A DNA stretch of 64,000 nt from Thermoanaerobaculia bacterium (GTDB taxonomy: Bacteria > Acidobacteriota > Thermoanaerobaculia > UBA5066), in contig JBBQRP010000001.1 in NCBI GenBank assembly GCA_038214715.1, positions 131,646-195,645 on the forward strand. The letters run 5' to 3'. The position numbers and the translations under genes are program-made. Below the pieces are notes generated by a model. It searched no databases, had not been told where the DNA came from, and was given only the letters and a program-made list of their open reading frames with translations. Numbering within the stretch: the first letter of the stretch is position 1; each line of letters starts with the position of its first letter. Of this stretch, positions 43,680 through 52,913 are shown in pieces.

Positions 43680-44627
43680 TCAGAGCCGCTTCTTGAACGC
43701 TTCCGTCGCGTCCACGAGCGCGCTCGAAATCCCGGGCTCGTCCGCCGCGTGGCCCGCCGCGGGCACCACGACGAGCCGGGCCTCGGGCCAGGCGGCCGCG
43801 AGGTCCCACGCGGCTTGCATCGGGCAGACGAGGTCGTAGCGGCCCTGCACGATGACACCCGGCAGCGCGTGCAAGCGTGGCGCGTCCTTCAGGAGCTGAT
43901 CGTCGTTCGTGAGGAAGGATCCGTTGATGAAGTAATGGGCCTCGATCCGCGCGAGCGCGATTTCTTTCGGAAGCTCCTCCGGATCCGGACGCTTCGTATC
44001 GGGCAGCACGTAGCTCGCGACCCCCTCGAACGCGTTCCAGGAGAGTGCCGCGGCGGCCTGCTCGGCCTCGTCGTCGGACGTGAGCCGCCTGTAGTACGCC
44101 CGCAAGAGAGATCCACGCTCCCGCATCGTCAGCGGCTCGACGAACGCGTCCCAGGCGTCCGGCCAGATACGGCGCACGCCGTCCACGAAACTCCAGTCAA
44201 GCTCGGATTTCCGGCCGAGGAAGATCCCACGGAGGATGAGGCCCGTGACGCGCTCGGGGTGGCGCTCGGCGTAGGCGAGGCCGAGCGTCGAGCCCCACGA
44301 GCCACCGAACACGAGCCACTTTGAAATGCCGAGGTGCGTGCGGATCCGCTCGGTGTCCGCGACGAGATCCCACGTCGTGTTCTCCCGCAACTCTCCGAGC
44401 GGCGTCGACTTCCCCGACCCCCGCTGGTCGAAGAGAACGACCCGCCAGAACGACGGGTCGAAGAAACGCCGGTGCATCGGGGAGACGCCGGCCCCCGGTC
44501 CGCCGTGGAAGAAGACGACCGGAGGACCCGCGGGGTTTCCAGCCTCCTCGACGTGCAACTCGTGGAGGTCCGACACGCGCAGCCGGAACGTCCGGAAAGG
44601 CTCGAGCTCCGGAAACAACGTCGTCAT
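43680..44627 (-). CDS. pip: Proline iminopeptidase (S33 alpha/beta hydrolase)
   Basis: VVFFHGGPG and nucleophile elbow GGSWGS. Prolyl-aminopeptidase N-terminus MTTLFPELEPF. 315 aa from ATG 44627. Confidence 0.85.
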   Translation of the reverse strand: MTTLFPELEPFRTFRLRVSDLHELHVEEAGNPAGPPVVFFHGGPGAGVSPMHRRFFDPSFWRVVLFDQRGSGKSTPLGELRENTTWDLVADTERIRTHLGISKWLVFGGSWGSTLGLAYAERHPERVTGLILRGIFLGRKSELDWSFVDGVRRIWPDAWDAFVEPLTMRERGSLLRAYYRRLTSDDEAEQAAAALSWNAFEGVASYVLPDTKRPDPEELPKEIALARIEAHYFINGSFLTNDDQLLKDAPRLHALPGVIVQGRYDLVCPMQAAWDLAAAWPEARLVVVPAAGHAADEPGISSALVDATEAFKKRL

Positions 44628-44661
44628 GGCCCGATTATGCCGGGGCCCCGACGCTCTTCCG

Positions 44662-46179
44662 TCATTCGATCCCGAAGAACGTGCGGATCGCCGCGAGCGT
44701 GAGCGGCTGCGACTTTTCGACCCTCTGGCGCTGCGTTTCCTCTGAGAGTCCCTCGCGGACCGCGGAAAGTGCGACGTCCCTCTGGGAGACCAGCTTCGAG
44801 ATGGCCTCGGCAACCGCGGGCCGCTTCTCGAGAATCTCCCGGAAGTGGCTCTTCTCGACGCGCCAGGCCTCGGTATCCGTGAGAGCGACGACCGCCGCCG
44901 TCCGTGGCTGCCCCGTGAGGAGGCCCATCTCGCCGAAGAAGTCGGGCGCGGCGAGAGTCGCCACGGCGCGCGGCTCCGATCCGTCCACGGACACCCGGAC
45001 CTCGACCCGGCCCTTCGTGAGCACGTAGAGATGGTGGCCCTCCGCACCTTGCATGACGAGCGATTCCCCCGCCGCGAACGGCGTGAAGGAGATCGTGGCC
45101 GCGAGGTGCTCCCTCTCTTCCGGCGTCAGGGGCGAGAAGATCGACACGCGTTCGAGCAGGACGCGTCGGGCCTCCTTCTCGGCCTCGGCGGCGCGGGCGC
45201 GGCTTCCGGCGTCATCGGGTGTGAGCAGGACGTGGCGCACCGGGAACGAGATCGCAATGTCGGCTCGGCGCAACGCGAACCAGATCCGCGTCCTCACGAT
45301 GGAATCGGTCGGGTCGGCGTGGAACATGTCCGTCAGCCAGTAGCGCACCGCGAAGCGCGATGAGCTCTCGGCGAAGTCGACGAAGACGCAGTCGGGCCGC
45401 GGCTCGTCGTCGACGCCGGGGATGTCGTCGCGCCGCAGCACTTCCTCGATCCGGGCGATGACCTGCGTCGGCGCCGCGTTCGAGTCGACGTTGACGTAGA
45501 CCCAGCGGCGCTCGGTGTCGACGGCGCCCATGCCGCGGCCGCGCACGACGACCACGCCCTTCATGAAGAGCGCGTTGGGCACGACGACCAGGTCGCGATT
45601 GCGCGTCTCGATCGACGTCTGCCTCCAGCCGATCTCCCGGACGAGGCCCGTGGTCTCGCCGAAGGTGACCCAGTCACCGGCGCGCACGGACCCGTCGAGC
45701 TGCAGCGCCAGCCCTCCCATGACGTTTCCGAGCGTGTCCTGAAGGGCCCATCCGAGGATCGCCGTGAGGACCGCCGACGTCGCGACGATCCCGACGACCT
45801 CGACGTGGCCGGAAGACAGCACGCCTAGAGTCGCCGCGATGCTGCCGGCGGCGATCGCGAGGTCGCGCAGGATGCGCGGCGGGCGCATCCTCACGAGCGG
45901 AAGGAGAACGTCGAAAAGGAGCGTCCCGAAGAGCGCGACCGCGGCGATGGCGGCGATCGCCCGACCTGTGAGATCGAGTCCCGCGGCGGATCCCACGAGA
46001 CCGAGCTCGGGGGCGAGGTGAGCGGCTCCGTGCACGCCGAATCCGAGCGTCCCGAGAAGCAGGACCCGGAGCACCCGGCGCCTCTCGCGGCGATCGGCGA
46101 TCGCCACGAACAGCGCGGCCGCGCCGAACGCGAGAGCATCCCGAAGAACGGCGTGCGAAAGGAACGGCTCGGAGGGCAA
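44662..46179 (-). CDS. MscS-family mechanosensitive channel fused to a C-terminal cyclic-nucleotide-binding domain
   Basis: Four N-terminal TM helices. MscS pore helix region GNVMGGLALQLDGSVRAGDWV. C-terminal cNMP-binding FGEMGLL with the beta-roll pattern. Confidence 0.85.
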   Translation of the reverse strand: MPSEPFLSHAVLRDALAFGAAALFVAIADRRERRRVLRVLLLGTLGFGVHGAAHLAPELGLVGSAAGLDLTGRAIAAIAAVALFGTLLFDVLLPLVRMRPPRILRDLAIAAGSIAATLGVLSSGHVEVVGIVATSAVLTAILGWALQDTLGNVMGGLALQLDGSVRAGDWVTFGETTGLVREIGWRQTSIETRNRDLVVVPNALFMKGVVVVRGRGMGAVDTERRWVYVNVDSNAAPTQVIARIEEVLRRDDIPGVDDEPRPDCVFVDFAESSSRFAVRYWLTDMFHADPTDSIVRTRIWFALRRADIAISFPVRHVLLTPDDAGSRARAAEAEKEARRVLLERVSIFSPLTPEEREHLAATISFTPFAAGESLVMQGAEGHHLYVLTKGRVEVRVSVDGSEPRAVATLAAPDFFGEMGLLTGQPRTAAVVALTDTEAWRVEKSHFREILEKRPAVAEAISKLVSQRDVALSAVREGLSEETQRQRVEKSQPLTLAAIRTFFGIE

Positions 46180-46209
46180 GAGACCGCGATTATGCCCGGA
46201 GACCGGACG

Positions 46210-47358
46210 TTAAGCCTCGCGCGCGACGCTCACCATCGGCCGGCCCGAAAGGTTGATCGCGGGAACGAGCGAAGAGGCGACGGCGACCAGGAGCGCGAGA
46301 GACGCGACGACCGCGATCATCGTCGTGTCCGCCCTCAGGAGAGCGCCAATGCCCGCGAACTGCGAGTCGGAGATCGCTCTCTCGACGAGCCGCGCGAAAA
46401 GGCTCATGAACCCCACCGCGAGAATCCCGCCTGCCGCCCCGAAGAACGCCCCCTCGAGGACGAGGAGCTGGAGCACGGTCTTCCGCGGAAACCCGAGGAT
46501 GCGCAGGAGAGCGGCCTCACCCCGCCTCTCGCGGGCCGACATCGCGAGCGTGTTGCTCGTGATGAGGAAGAGAGTGAAGGCCGTCGCGAGGCCGATTCCG
46601 CCCAGGAGCGTTTGGACGTTGCCGAGCATGTCCATGAACATGAGCTGCCACTGCTTCTCGCTCATTGCCCGGATCGGCACGGGCGCGCTGTCGAACCGGC
46701 GCTCGATCTCGGCCGTCACGCGCGAGACGTCGGGGCGCGACTTCGCGAGAATCCAGTACATCCCGACCTGTCCCGCGTCGCCCGTGACGTTTTCGAAGTA
46801 CTTCCGGTGGACGTAAAGCCCGTTGTCGAGCTTGTACGTCATGACACCGCGGATCGTGGTCTCGAGAACGCCGCCGGGCACGGGCGCCTTGAGGACGATC
46901 CGGTCGCCGATCTTCCAGCCGTGCTGCTTTGCGAGGATCGGACCGATGACGGAGCCGGTCGGGTCGGCTTTCCACGCGGCGACCTGGTCGGGCGGAATCT
47001 TCGCTTCCTTGTAGACCTCGAGGAACGCGTCCGCGGGGGCCGACGAGAGCGGCACCTGGTTCTCCGGGCGGTCGTTCTGCCAGAACGCCATCAGGAAATC
47101 GAAGGGACAGACGCGCTGGATGCCGGGCACGTCCTCGAGCTTCGCGAGGTACGCCATCGGGAGCTTCTCGAACATCGACGTCTTCGCCATGACCATCGCG
47201 CGGCTGCCCATGTTCTCGGACCAGTCTTTCTTGAGCGCCCCGTTCACGAGGTAAAGGAAACCGACGAGGCCGGCGGAGAGCCCGATCGCAACCGCCGTGA
47301 GCGCGCTCCTTAGCGGGCGGCTCGTGACGTGACGGAACGCGAGTCGGACGGGCGTCAT
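46210..47358 (-). CDS. FtsX/MacB-type ABC transporter permease. It has an N-terminal TM, a ~230-aa periplasmic domain and a C-terminal 3-TM FtsX block. No partner ATPase is adjacent.
   Basis: Topology and C-terminal FtsX-like helices (LLGGIGLATAFTLFLI ... ILGF). ATG 47358 overlaps the upstream stop. The track ORF 46210..48150 is a composite. Confidence 0.8.
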   Translation of the reverse strand: MTPVRLAFRHVTSRPLRSALTAVAIGLSAGLVGFLYLVNGALKKDWSENMGSRAMVMAKTSMFEKLPMAYLAKLEDVPGIQRVCPFDFLMAFWQNDRPENQVPLSSAPADAFLEVYKEAKIPPDQVAAWKADPTGSVIGPILAKQHGWKIGDRIVLKAPVPGGVLETTIRGVMTYKLDNGLYVHRKYFENVTGDAGQVGMYWILAKSRPDVSRVTAEIERRFDSAPVPIRAMSEKQWQLMFMDMLGNVQTLLGGIGLATAFTLFLITSNTLAMSARERRGEAALLRILGFPRKTVLQLLVLEGAFFGAAGGILAVGFMSLFARLVERAISDSQFAGIGALLRADTTMIAVVASLALLVAVASSLVPAINLSGRPMVSVAREA

Positions 47359-48419
47359 GCGGGTACCGAGAGCCTGGACCCGGAGATCGTTTCGATGAAC
47401 CCGGAGCCAAACGCCTGGGACGGCGTCTTCACGCCGGGCCCGACGTCCCCCGCGAGAACGCGCTTCGCGATCGCCACGGAGGTCTCTGCGGTCAGCGCGT
47501 AACCCTCGAGCGTCTCGAGGGTGCCCGTGACGGCGGTCTCGCCGGCCGGGCCGCCCCTCGTGACCCGTCCCCACAGGAACGAGCGCTCGCGGGCGCGCTC
47601 TTCCACCGTCGGACCCTTCACGCGCCGTTCGATGCGTTTCATCAGGAAGGACTGGACGAACGGGAGACCGAGGAGCGGCGCGAGAGGCCGCATGCGCCTC
47701 GCGGTCGCGACCGCCGAGGACGGGACCGCCATGTAGACCTCGATATTGGGAATGCCGGTCGAGCGCCACGCGGTCGCGAGGTCGCCCCAGGGGATCGTCA
47801 TAGCGAGGCGCGGGCCGGGAAGCGGAGCCTCCATCGTCTTCCAGGCCGAGGGCACGGCGACGAGCTTCCCGCCCTGGCGCACGAGCCCACCCTTGTGCGC
47901 GCCCTCGACCATCGTCTTCATCGTCCCCGCGCTCGGCTTGAAGCCGCGAAAGGCGAGCGTGAGGCTCTCCGCTCCCGGGAGCGCCTTCGAGAGCGCCGCC
48001 GCCAGGCAGTCCGAAGGCACGACGTCGAACCCCGTGCCCGGAAGAACGGGAATCCCCGCGGCCTTCGCGTCCGCGTCCCGCGCGAATGCCGCCTCGAAGA
48101 CGGCGACTTCTCCCGTGATGTCGAGATAGGCTGTCTTTGCGGTGAGGCACGCCTCGAGGACCGGCGGACTCGTCTTCGAGAACGGACCCGCGGCGAGGAG
48201 CAAGGCAGAGAAGGGTTCGAGAAGGCGTGCGACGGTACCCGGATCCTCGAGGCCGAAGCAGAGGCTCGGGAGCCCGTGCTCTTTCGCGAGCGGCTCGACG
48301 GCTTCCGCGCGGCGGCCCGCGAGGACGGGCCGGAGCCCTTCGCGAAGGGCGACCTCGAGGATGAGCCGGCCCGTATAGCCATTCGCTCCGTAGAGGAGGA
48401 GCCCCGCCTTGGCGGTCAT
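47355..48419 (-). CDS. Saccharopine-dehydrogenase-like NAD(P)-binding protein
   Basis: Rossmann N-terminus LLLYGANGYTGRLI and a ~350-aa Sacchrp_dh-like layout. ATG start overlaps the COG0523 stop. Confidence 0.8.
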   Translation of the reverse strand: MTAKAGLLLYGANGYTGRLILEVALREGLRPVLAGRRAEAVEPLAKEHGLPSLCFGLEDPGTVARLLEPFSALLLAAGPFSKTSPPVLEACLTAKTAYLDITGEVAVFEAAFARDADAKAAGIPVLPGTGFDVVPSDCLAAALSKALPGAESLTLAFRGFKPSAGTMKTMVEGAHKGGLVRQGGKLVAVPSAWKTMEAPLPGPRLAMTIPWGDLATAWRSTGIPNIEVYMAVPSSAVATARRMRPLAPLLGLPFVQSFLMKRIERRVKGPTVEERARERSFLWGRVTRGGPAGETAVTGTLETLEGYALTAETSVAIAKRVLAGDVGPGVKTPSQAFGSGFIETISGSRLSVPA

Positions 48420-49804
48420 GCGGGATCGCCTTCGGCGGCGCCCGGCGCGTCCGCCAGCTTCACGCCGCAGACGTTCGTCAGGTCGCGGCAGGCGTCGACC
48501 TCGTCCTCGGCGCCGAGGGCGCCTTCGTCGGGGAGGACGTACCGGAAGGCGCCCTCGGAGGGAAAGACGATTCCGTTCTCGAGGACGCGGCGGGGGCCGC
48601 CGACGCCGAAGAGTCCGGCGTCCATCACCAGCCACATCCAGTCCGCTTCGCGCGTGAGGCCAGCGTGCGCCAGCACGTCGCCGAGGCGAAACGCGGGGAT
48701 GGAAGCGTCTACTGTGAAAGAGGGAGAAGAGAGAGAAGACTGCTTAGAAAGGGACCGGGCGAGAGCCTCGAAGCCGCGCGGGTCGAATGCCCGCGTCTGG
48801 CCGGCTCCGTCCTCGAGCATCAAGAGCGGCGCGTCCGCGGGTACGAGCGCATCGGCCAGCGCTCTTTCCCATTCGAAAAAGTCTTTTTCTTCCGGGTCCT
48901 TGAGGATGACGTCCACCCGGCTGTCCCGCCGCCAGGACGTCTCCGCCTCTGTCAGCCGCCCTCCGGCGATCTCGAAGACGCGCCAGCCCGCCGTCGTGTG
49001 AAAGAGACCCTTCGCACGCGCGACGCGGCCAACGGTGAGCGTTCCCTCGCGGAGCGCCCCGAGCGCGGCGAAGAGGCGGTCCGTGTCGAAGATCCTCTCC
49101 GGCGGGTGCGATATGCCTCTGCCGACGTGTCCTTCGGAGGAATCCGGACCTCCATGAGAGTGGTGTGTCGCCGACGCCTCGAGGAGGGTGGGAGCGGCGG
49201 AGGTGGCGGGTCGCTCGAGATCCCAGACTTCGTCCGGGAGCACCCCGTGAGAAGCTCGCACGATCAGCAGCTTCGGCGGTGCCAAGGAGCGAGCGAACTC
49301 TTCACTTCTGAGAATCTCTTCCTCCGAAGCGAGGTCGCACCGATTGATCACGAGGATGTCTCCGGTGTCGACCTGATCCCGGAAGACGGAGCTCTCCGCA
49401 TACGCTTTCGCGAGATCCTGCTGCGGGTCGAGCATCGTGATGACCGGGCGGACGTCGAAGCGGTTCGCCCAACGCGGGCCGCGCAGGAGGTCGACGAGCT
49501 CGGAGGGTCTCGCGAGGCCGGTGGGCTCGAGGACGAAGCGCGTCGGGGCGACGAGGTCCGAGACCTCCTCCAGAGACGCCTCGAGGTCCGCCATCGCCGT
49601 GCAGCAGACGCAGCCGCCCGGCACCTCCTTGAGTACACAGCTCGCGCAGTCCGAGAGGAGGGCGCCGTCCACGCCGAGCGTCCCGAACTCGTTCACGACG
49701 ACCGCGATCCGCTCCCGGTCGGCCCGCCTCTCGAGGAGATCCTTCAACGCGGTCGTCTTCCCGGCGCCCAGAAAGCCCGAGAGGACGTGTACGGGTATCT
49801 TCAC
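48416..49804 (-). CDS. COG0523-family (CobW/YjiA/ZigA-like) metallochaperone GTPase with a ~140-aa C-terminal extension
   Basis: P-loop GFLGAGKTT and the metal-binding GGCVCC (CxCC). 462 aa. Confidence 0.8.
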   Translation of the reverse strand: MKIPVHVLSGFLGAGKTTALKDLLERRADRERIAVVVNEFGTLGVDGALLSDCASCVLKEVPGGCVCCTAMADLEASLEEVSDLVAPTRFVLEPTGLARPSELVDLLRGPRWANRFDVRPVITMLDPQQDLAKAYAESSVFRDQVDTGDILVINRCDLASEEEILRSEEFARSLAPPKLLIVRASHGVLPDEVWDLERPATSAAPTLLEASATHHSHGGPDSSEGHVGRGISHPPERIFDTDRLFAALGALREGTLTVGRVARAKGLFHTTAGWRVFEIAGGRLTEAETSWRRDSRVDVILKDPEEKDFFEWERALADALVPADAPLLMLEDGAGQTRAFDPRGFEALARSLSKQSSLSSPSFTVDASIPAFRLGDVLAHAGLTREADWMWLVMDAGLFGVGGPRRVLENGIVFPSEGAFRYVLPDEGALGAEDEVDACRDLTNVCGVKLADAPGAAEGDPA

Positions 49805-49868
49805 GGGATCATCCTACCGCCGAAGTTTTCGGCCCGGACGGACCGCTCCTTCCCTTAAGATTCGCGCG

Positions 49869-51824
49869 ATGTCGACAGGCGCCGCCGTCTCCAGGAGCCC
49901 GCGGGTTCCGAAACCCTCACGCGTCCGCGTTCCCGAGAAGTTTCCCGATGCCGAGAAAGTCTATGGCATCGAGAACTGGGGCAAGGGATTCTTCTCCGTC
50001 TCGGACGACGGCAACCTCCTCGTCCACCCCACCCGCGAGAACCACCGATTCGTGGACCTCAAGGGCGTCATCGACGACGTCGCGCTCCGCGGAATCTCGA
50101 CTCCGGTCGTCGTGCGGTTCCCGCAGATCCTCGATCAGGCCGTCAAGGAGCTGAACGAGGCGTTCCTCCACGCGATCAAGGAGTACGAGTACGACGGCGT
50201 CTTCCGCGGCGTCTTCCCGATCAAGGTGAATCAGAAGAAGGTCGTCGTGCGCGAAATCATCCAGTCGGGCCGCAAGTACGGCTACGGGCTGGAGGCGGGC
50301 AGCAAGCCGGAGCTCCTCGCGGCGCTCTCGCAGGACCTCGGACCGGACTGCCTCATCACGACGAACGGATACAAGGACGACGCCTTCATCAAGCTCGCGC
50401 TGAACGGTCTCCGGATGGGCAAGACGGTCGTCCTGATCCTCGAAAAGGTGTCGGAGCTCGAGCGCATCCTCGACGTCGCGAAGAAACGCGGCGTCAAGCC
50501 GCTCATCGGCATGCGCAGCAAGCTGTACGCGCGCGGTTCCGGCAAGTGGGCGAAGTCGGGCGGCGAAGCCGCGAAATTCGGCCTCACGACGACCGAGATG
50601 CTCGAGGCCGTCGAGATCCTCCGCCACCGGAAGATGCTCGACAGCCTCGTCATGATCCACTTTCACATCGGCTCGCAGATCACGGACATCCGCAAGGTCA
50701 AAAACGCGATCAAGGAAGCGGGCCGGGTCTACGCGAAGCTCTACCGCTCAGGCGTCGAGGTGAAATTCCTGAATCTCGGCGGCGGCCTCGGGGTCGACTA
50801 CGACGGAAGCAAGACCGCGTTCGACTCCTCCATGAACTACACCGTGCAGGAATACGCGAACGACATCGTCTACACGATCAAGTCGATCTGCGACGAGGAG
50901 AAGGTCCCCGTCCCGACGCTCGTCACGGAGTCGGGACGCGCGATCACGGCGTACCACTCGGTCCTCGTCACGAACGTCCTCGACGTGGCCGACCGGATCG
51001 AGCAGGGCCGCACCGTGAAGCTCGACGGCGACGAGAACCACGTCGTGCGCGAACTCTACGACGTGTGGCAGGGCATCACGGCGAAGACCATGCGCGAGAG
51101 CTACCACGACGCGCTCCAGTACAAGGAAGAGCTCTTCACGCTCTTCAACCTCGGCTATGTGTCCCTCGAGGACCGGAGCAAGGGCGAGATCCTCTACTGG
51201 AACATCTGCGACCGGATCCGCCGGCACCTCCACACCCTCAAGGACGTTCCGGAGGAGTTCGAGCAGCTCGAGGTCATGCTCGCGGACAAATACGTCATGA
51301 ACTTCTCCGTGTTCCAGTCCCTGCCGGACGTCTGGGCGATCGACCAGCTCTTCCCGATCCTCCCGATCCATCGTCTCCGGGAGCGGCCCACCGAGCACGG
51401 CACGCTCGCAGACATCACCTGCGACTCGGACGGAAAGATCGAGAAGTTCATCGACCTCCGCGACATCAAGGAGGCGCTGCCGCTTCACGTCTTCCACAAG
51501 GGCACTCCGTACTACATCGGGTTCTGCCTCGTCGGGGCCTATCAGGACGTCCTCGGCGATCTGCACAACCTGTTCGGCGAGGTGCACGAGGTGCTCGCGA
51601 GCGTCGACGACGACGGGCGGACGCGCATCCAGGACGTCCTCCCGGGAGAGTCGTGCGAGCGCGTGCTCTCCTACATGAATTACGACAAGGATGAGATCCT
51701 CGACGGCATCTGGCGGCAGCTCCGGCGCGCGACCGAGCGCAAGAGGGTCAAGGAGCCCGAGGCGAAGGCGATCGCGAAGGACTTCGAGCAGGTTCTGGCG
51801 CAATACACATACCTCGAGGACTAG
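49869..51824 (+). CDS. speA: Biosynthetic arginine decarboxylase (PLP-dependent)
   Basis: WGKGFFSV..., FPIKVNQ (PLP Lys), GLEAGSKPEL, and C-terminal SpeA-specific blocks. ATG 49869 is in frame. The track ORF start 49437 lies in the divergent intergenic region. Confidence 0.9.
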   Translation: MSTGAAVSRSPRVPKPSRVRVPEKFPDAEKVYGIENWGKGFFSVSDDGNLLVHPTRENHRFVDLKGVIDDVALRGISTPVVVRFPQILDQAVKELNEAFLHAIKEYEYDGVFRGVFPIKVNQKKVVVREIIQSGRKYGYGLEAGSKPELLAALSQDLGPDCLITTNGYKDDAFIKLALNGLRMGKTVVLILEKVSELERILDVAKKRGVKPLIGMRSKLYARGSGKWAKSGGEAAKFGLTTTEMLEAVEILRHRKMLDSLVMIHFHIGSQITDIRKVKNAIKEAGRVYAKLYRSGVEVKFLNLGGGLGVDYDGSKTAFDSSMNYTVQEYANDIVYTIKSICDEEKVPVPTLVTESGRAITAYHSVLVTNVLDVADRIEQGRTVKLDGDENHVVRELYDVWQGITAKTMRESYHDALQYKEELFTLFNLGYVSLEDRSKGEILYWNICDRIRRHLHTLKDVPEEFEQLEVMLADKYVMNFSVFQSLPDVWAIDQLFPILPIHRLRERPTEHGTLADITCDSDGKIEKFIDLRDIKEALPLHVFHKGTPYYIGFCLVGAYQDVLGDLHNLFGEVHEVLASVDDDGRTRIQDVLPGESCERVLSYMNYDKDEILDGIWRQLRRATERKRVKEPEAKAIAKDFEQVLAQYTYLED

Positions 51825-51961
51825 GCTGGGCGTCTCCGATTCGCGCCGAGTTTTTTCGAAATGCAGCAAACACCTTTCGTTCGGCCGCGCATCGCGCGGA
51901 AGTCTCCCGGCATCGTTCTTGATATTCCCCTTCTAAGAAACCTGTCTTAGGAGGTATCGAC

Positions 51962-52876
51962 TTGAATCTCTCTCTCCTTCTTGCGCTCGCCGCCCTCGCC
52001 ACTGCCGTCCCGGAACACGCGCCCGATCCCGCTACGGCTGCCGTCGTCGCCGCCGCCCGTTCGGCGGAGGGAACCTCGGGTGCCGTCGTCGGTCTTTCCG
52101 TCCTTCACCTCGAGACCGGCCGGCGGGCGTCCGCGCACGGGGCCGAGCCTTTCCAGATGGCGAGCGTCTTCAAGATTCCCGTCGCGATCGCGGCTCTCTC
52201 TGCGGTCGAGAAGGGCACTCTGAAACTCGAAGACGAGGTGGAGATCCGGCCGGCGGACCGACGCCGCGTGGGGCCGATCGACGACGGATGGACGCCGGGA
52301 ATGAAGGTCTCCGTGTCGCGCATGGTCGACGTCATGCTCGTCGACAGCGACAACACGGCCGCCGACAAGCTCATCGCGCTCCTCGGCGGCCCGGCCGCGG
52401 TCGAGAAGGCCCTCACGGCGCGAGGCGTGACGGGCATCAGGATTTCCCTCGACGAGAAGGGCATGGGCATCGCGATGAAGAGGAATCGTGCGGCGTTCGA
52501 AAGGGGCTCCCGGAACGGGGCGAGCCCCGACGCGATCGCCGTGCTCCTCGCGCGTCTCTTCAAGGGCGAGCTCCTGACACGTCGGGCGACGGACCGGATC
52601 CTCGACGCGATGCGCCGGTGCGCGACGAGCGCCCGGCGCCTCCGGGCGGGCCTGCCGCGGGGCGCCGAGCTTCGCGACAAGACAGGGACGGTCGGCTCGT
52701 GCGCGAACGACGCGGGGATCCTGACGCTCCCGGACGGCACGCACCTCGTCCTCGCGGTCTTCACGCGGGGCGGGACGGACGCCGCGACCCGCGAAGCGGC
52801 CATCGCGTCGGTCGCGCGCGCGGCCTGGGAAACCTTCGCCGCGGGCGGGAAGCCGGCCGCGGTCACGCTCCGGTAA
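51962..52876 (+). CDS. Class A beta-lactamase-like serine hydrolase (secreted)
   Basis: S-x-x-K SVFK, SDN (DSDNTAAD), KTG (DKTGT). Signal peptide. TTG start with AGGAGG SD in an AT-rich patch. The omega-loop ExxLN is not canonical. Confidence 0.8.
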   Translation: MNLSLLLALAALATAVPEHAPDPATAAVVAAARSAEGTSGAVVGLSVLHLETGRRASAHGAEPFQMASVFKIPVAIAALSAVEKGTLKLEDEVEIRPADRRRVGPIDDGWTPGMKVSVSRMVDVMLVDSDNTAADKLIALLGGPAAVEKALTARGVTGIRISLDEKGMGIAMKRNRAAFERGSRNGASPDAIAVLLARLFKGELLTRRATDRILDAMRRCATSARRLRAGLPRGAELRDKTGTVGSCANDAGILTLPDGTHLVLAVFTRGGTDAATREAAIASVARAAWETFAAGGKPAAVTLR

Positions 52877-52913
52877 ACGGAACGACCCGCGTCGCCTGTA
52901 TTACGATCAGGGG

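Noticed and set aside
46210-48150. 646-aa composite ORF
   Set aside because: Only 46210..47358 (FtsX-type permease) is coherent. The upstream part is the antisense/out-of-frame of the Sacchrp_dh-like gene.
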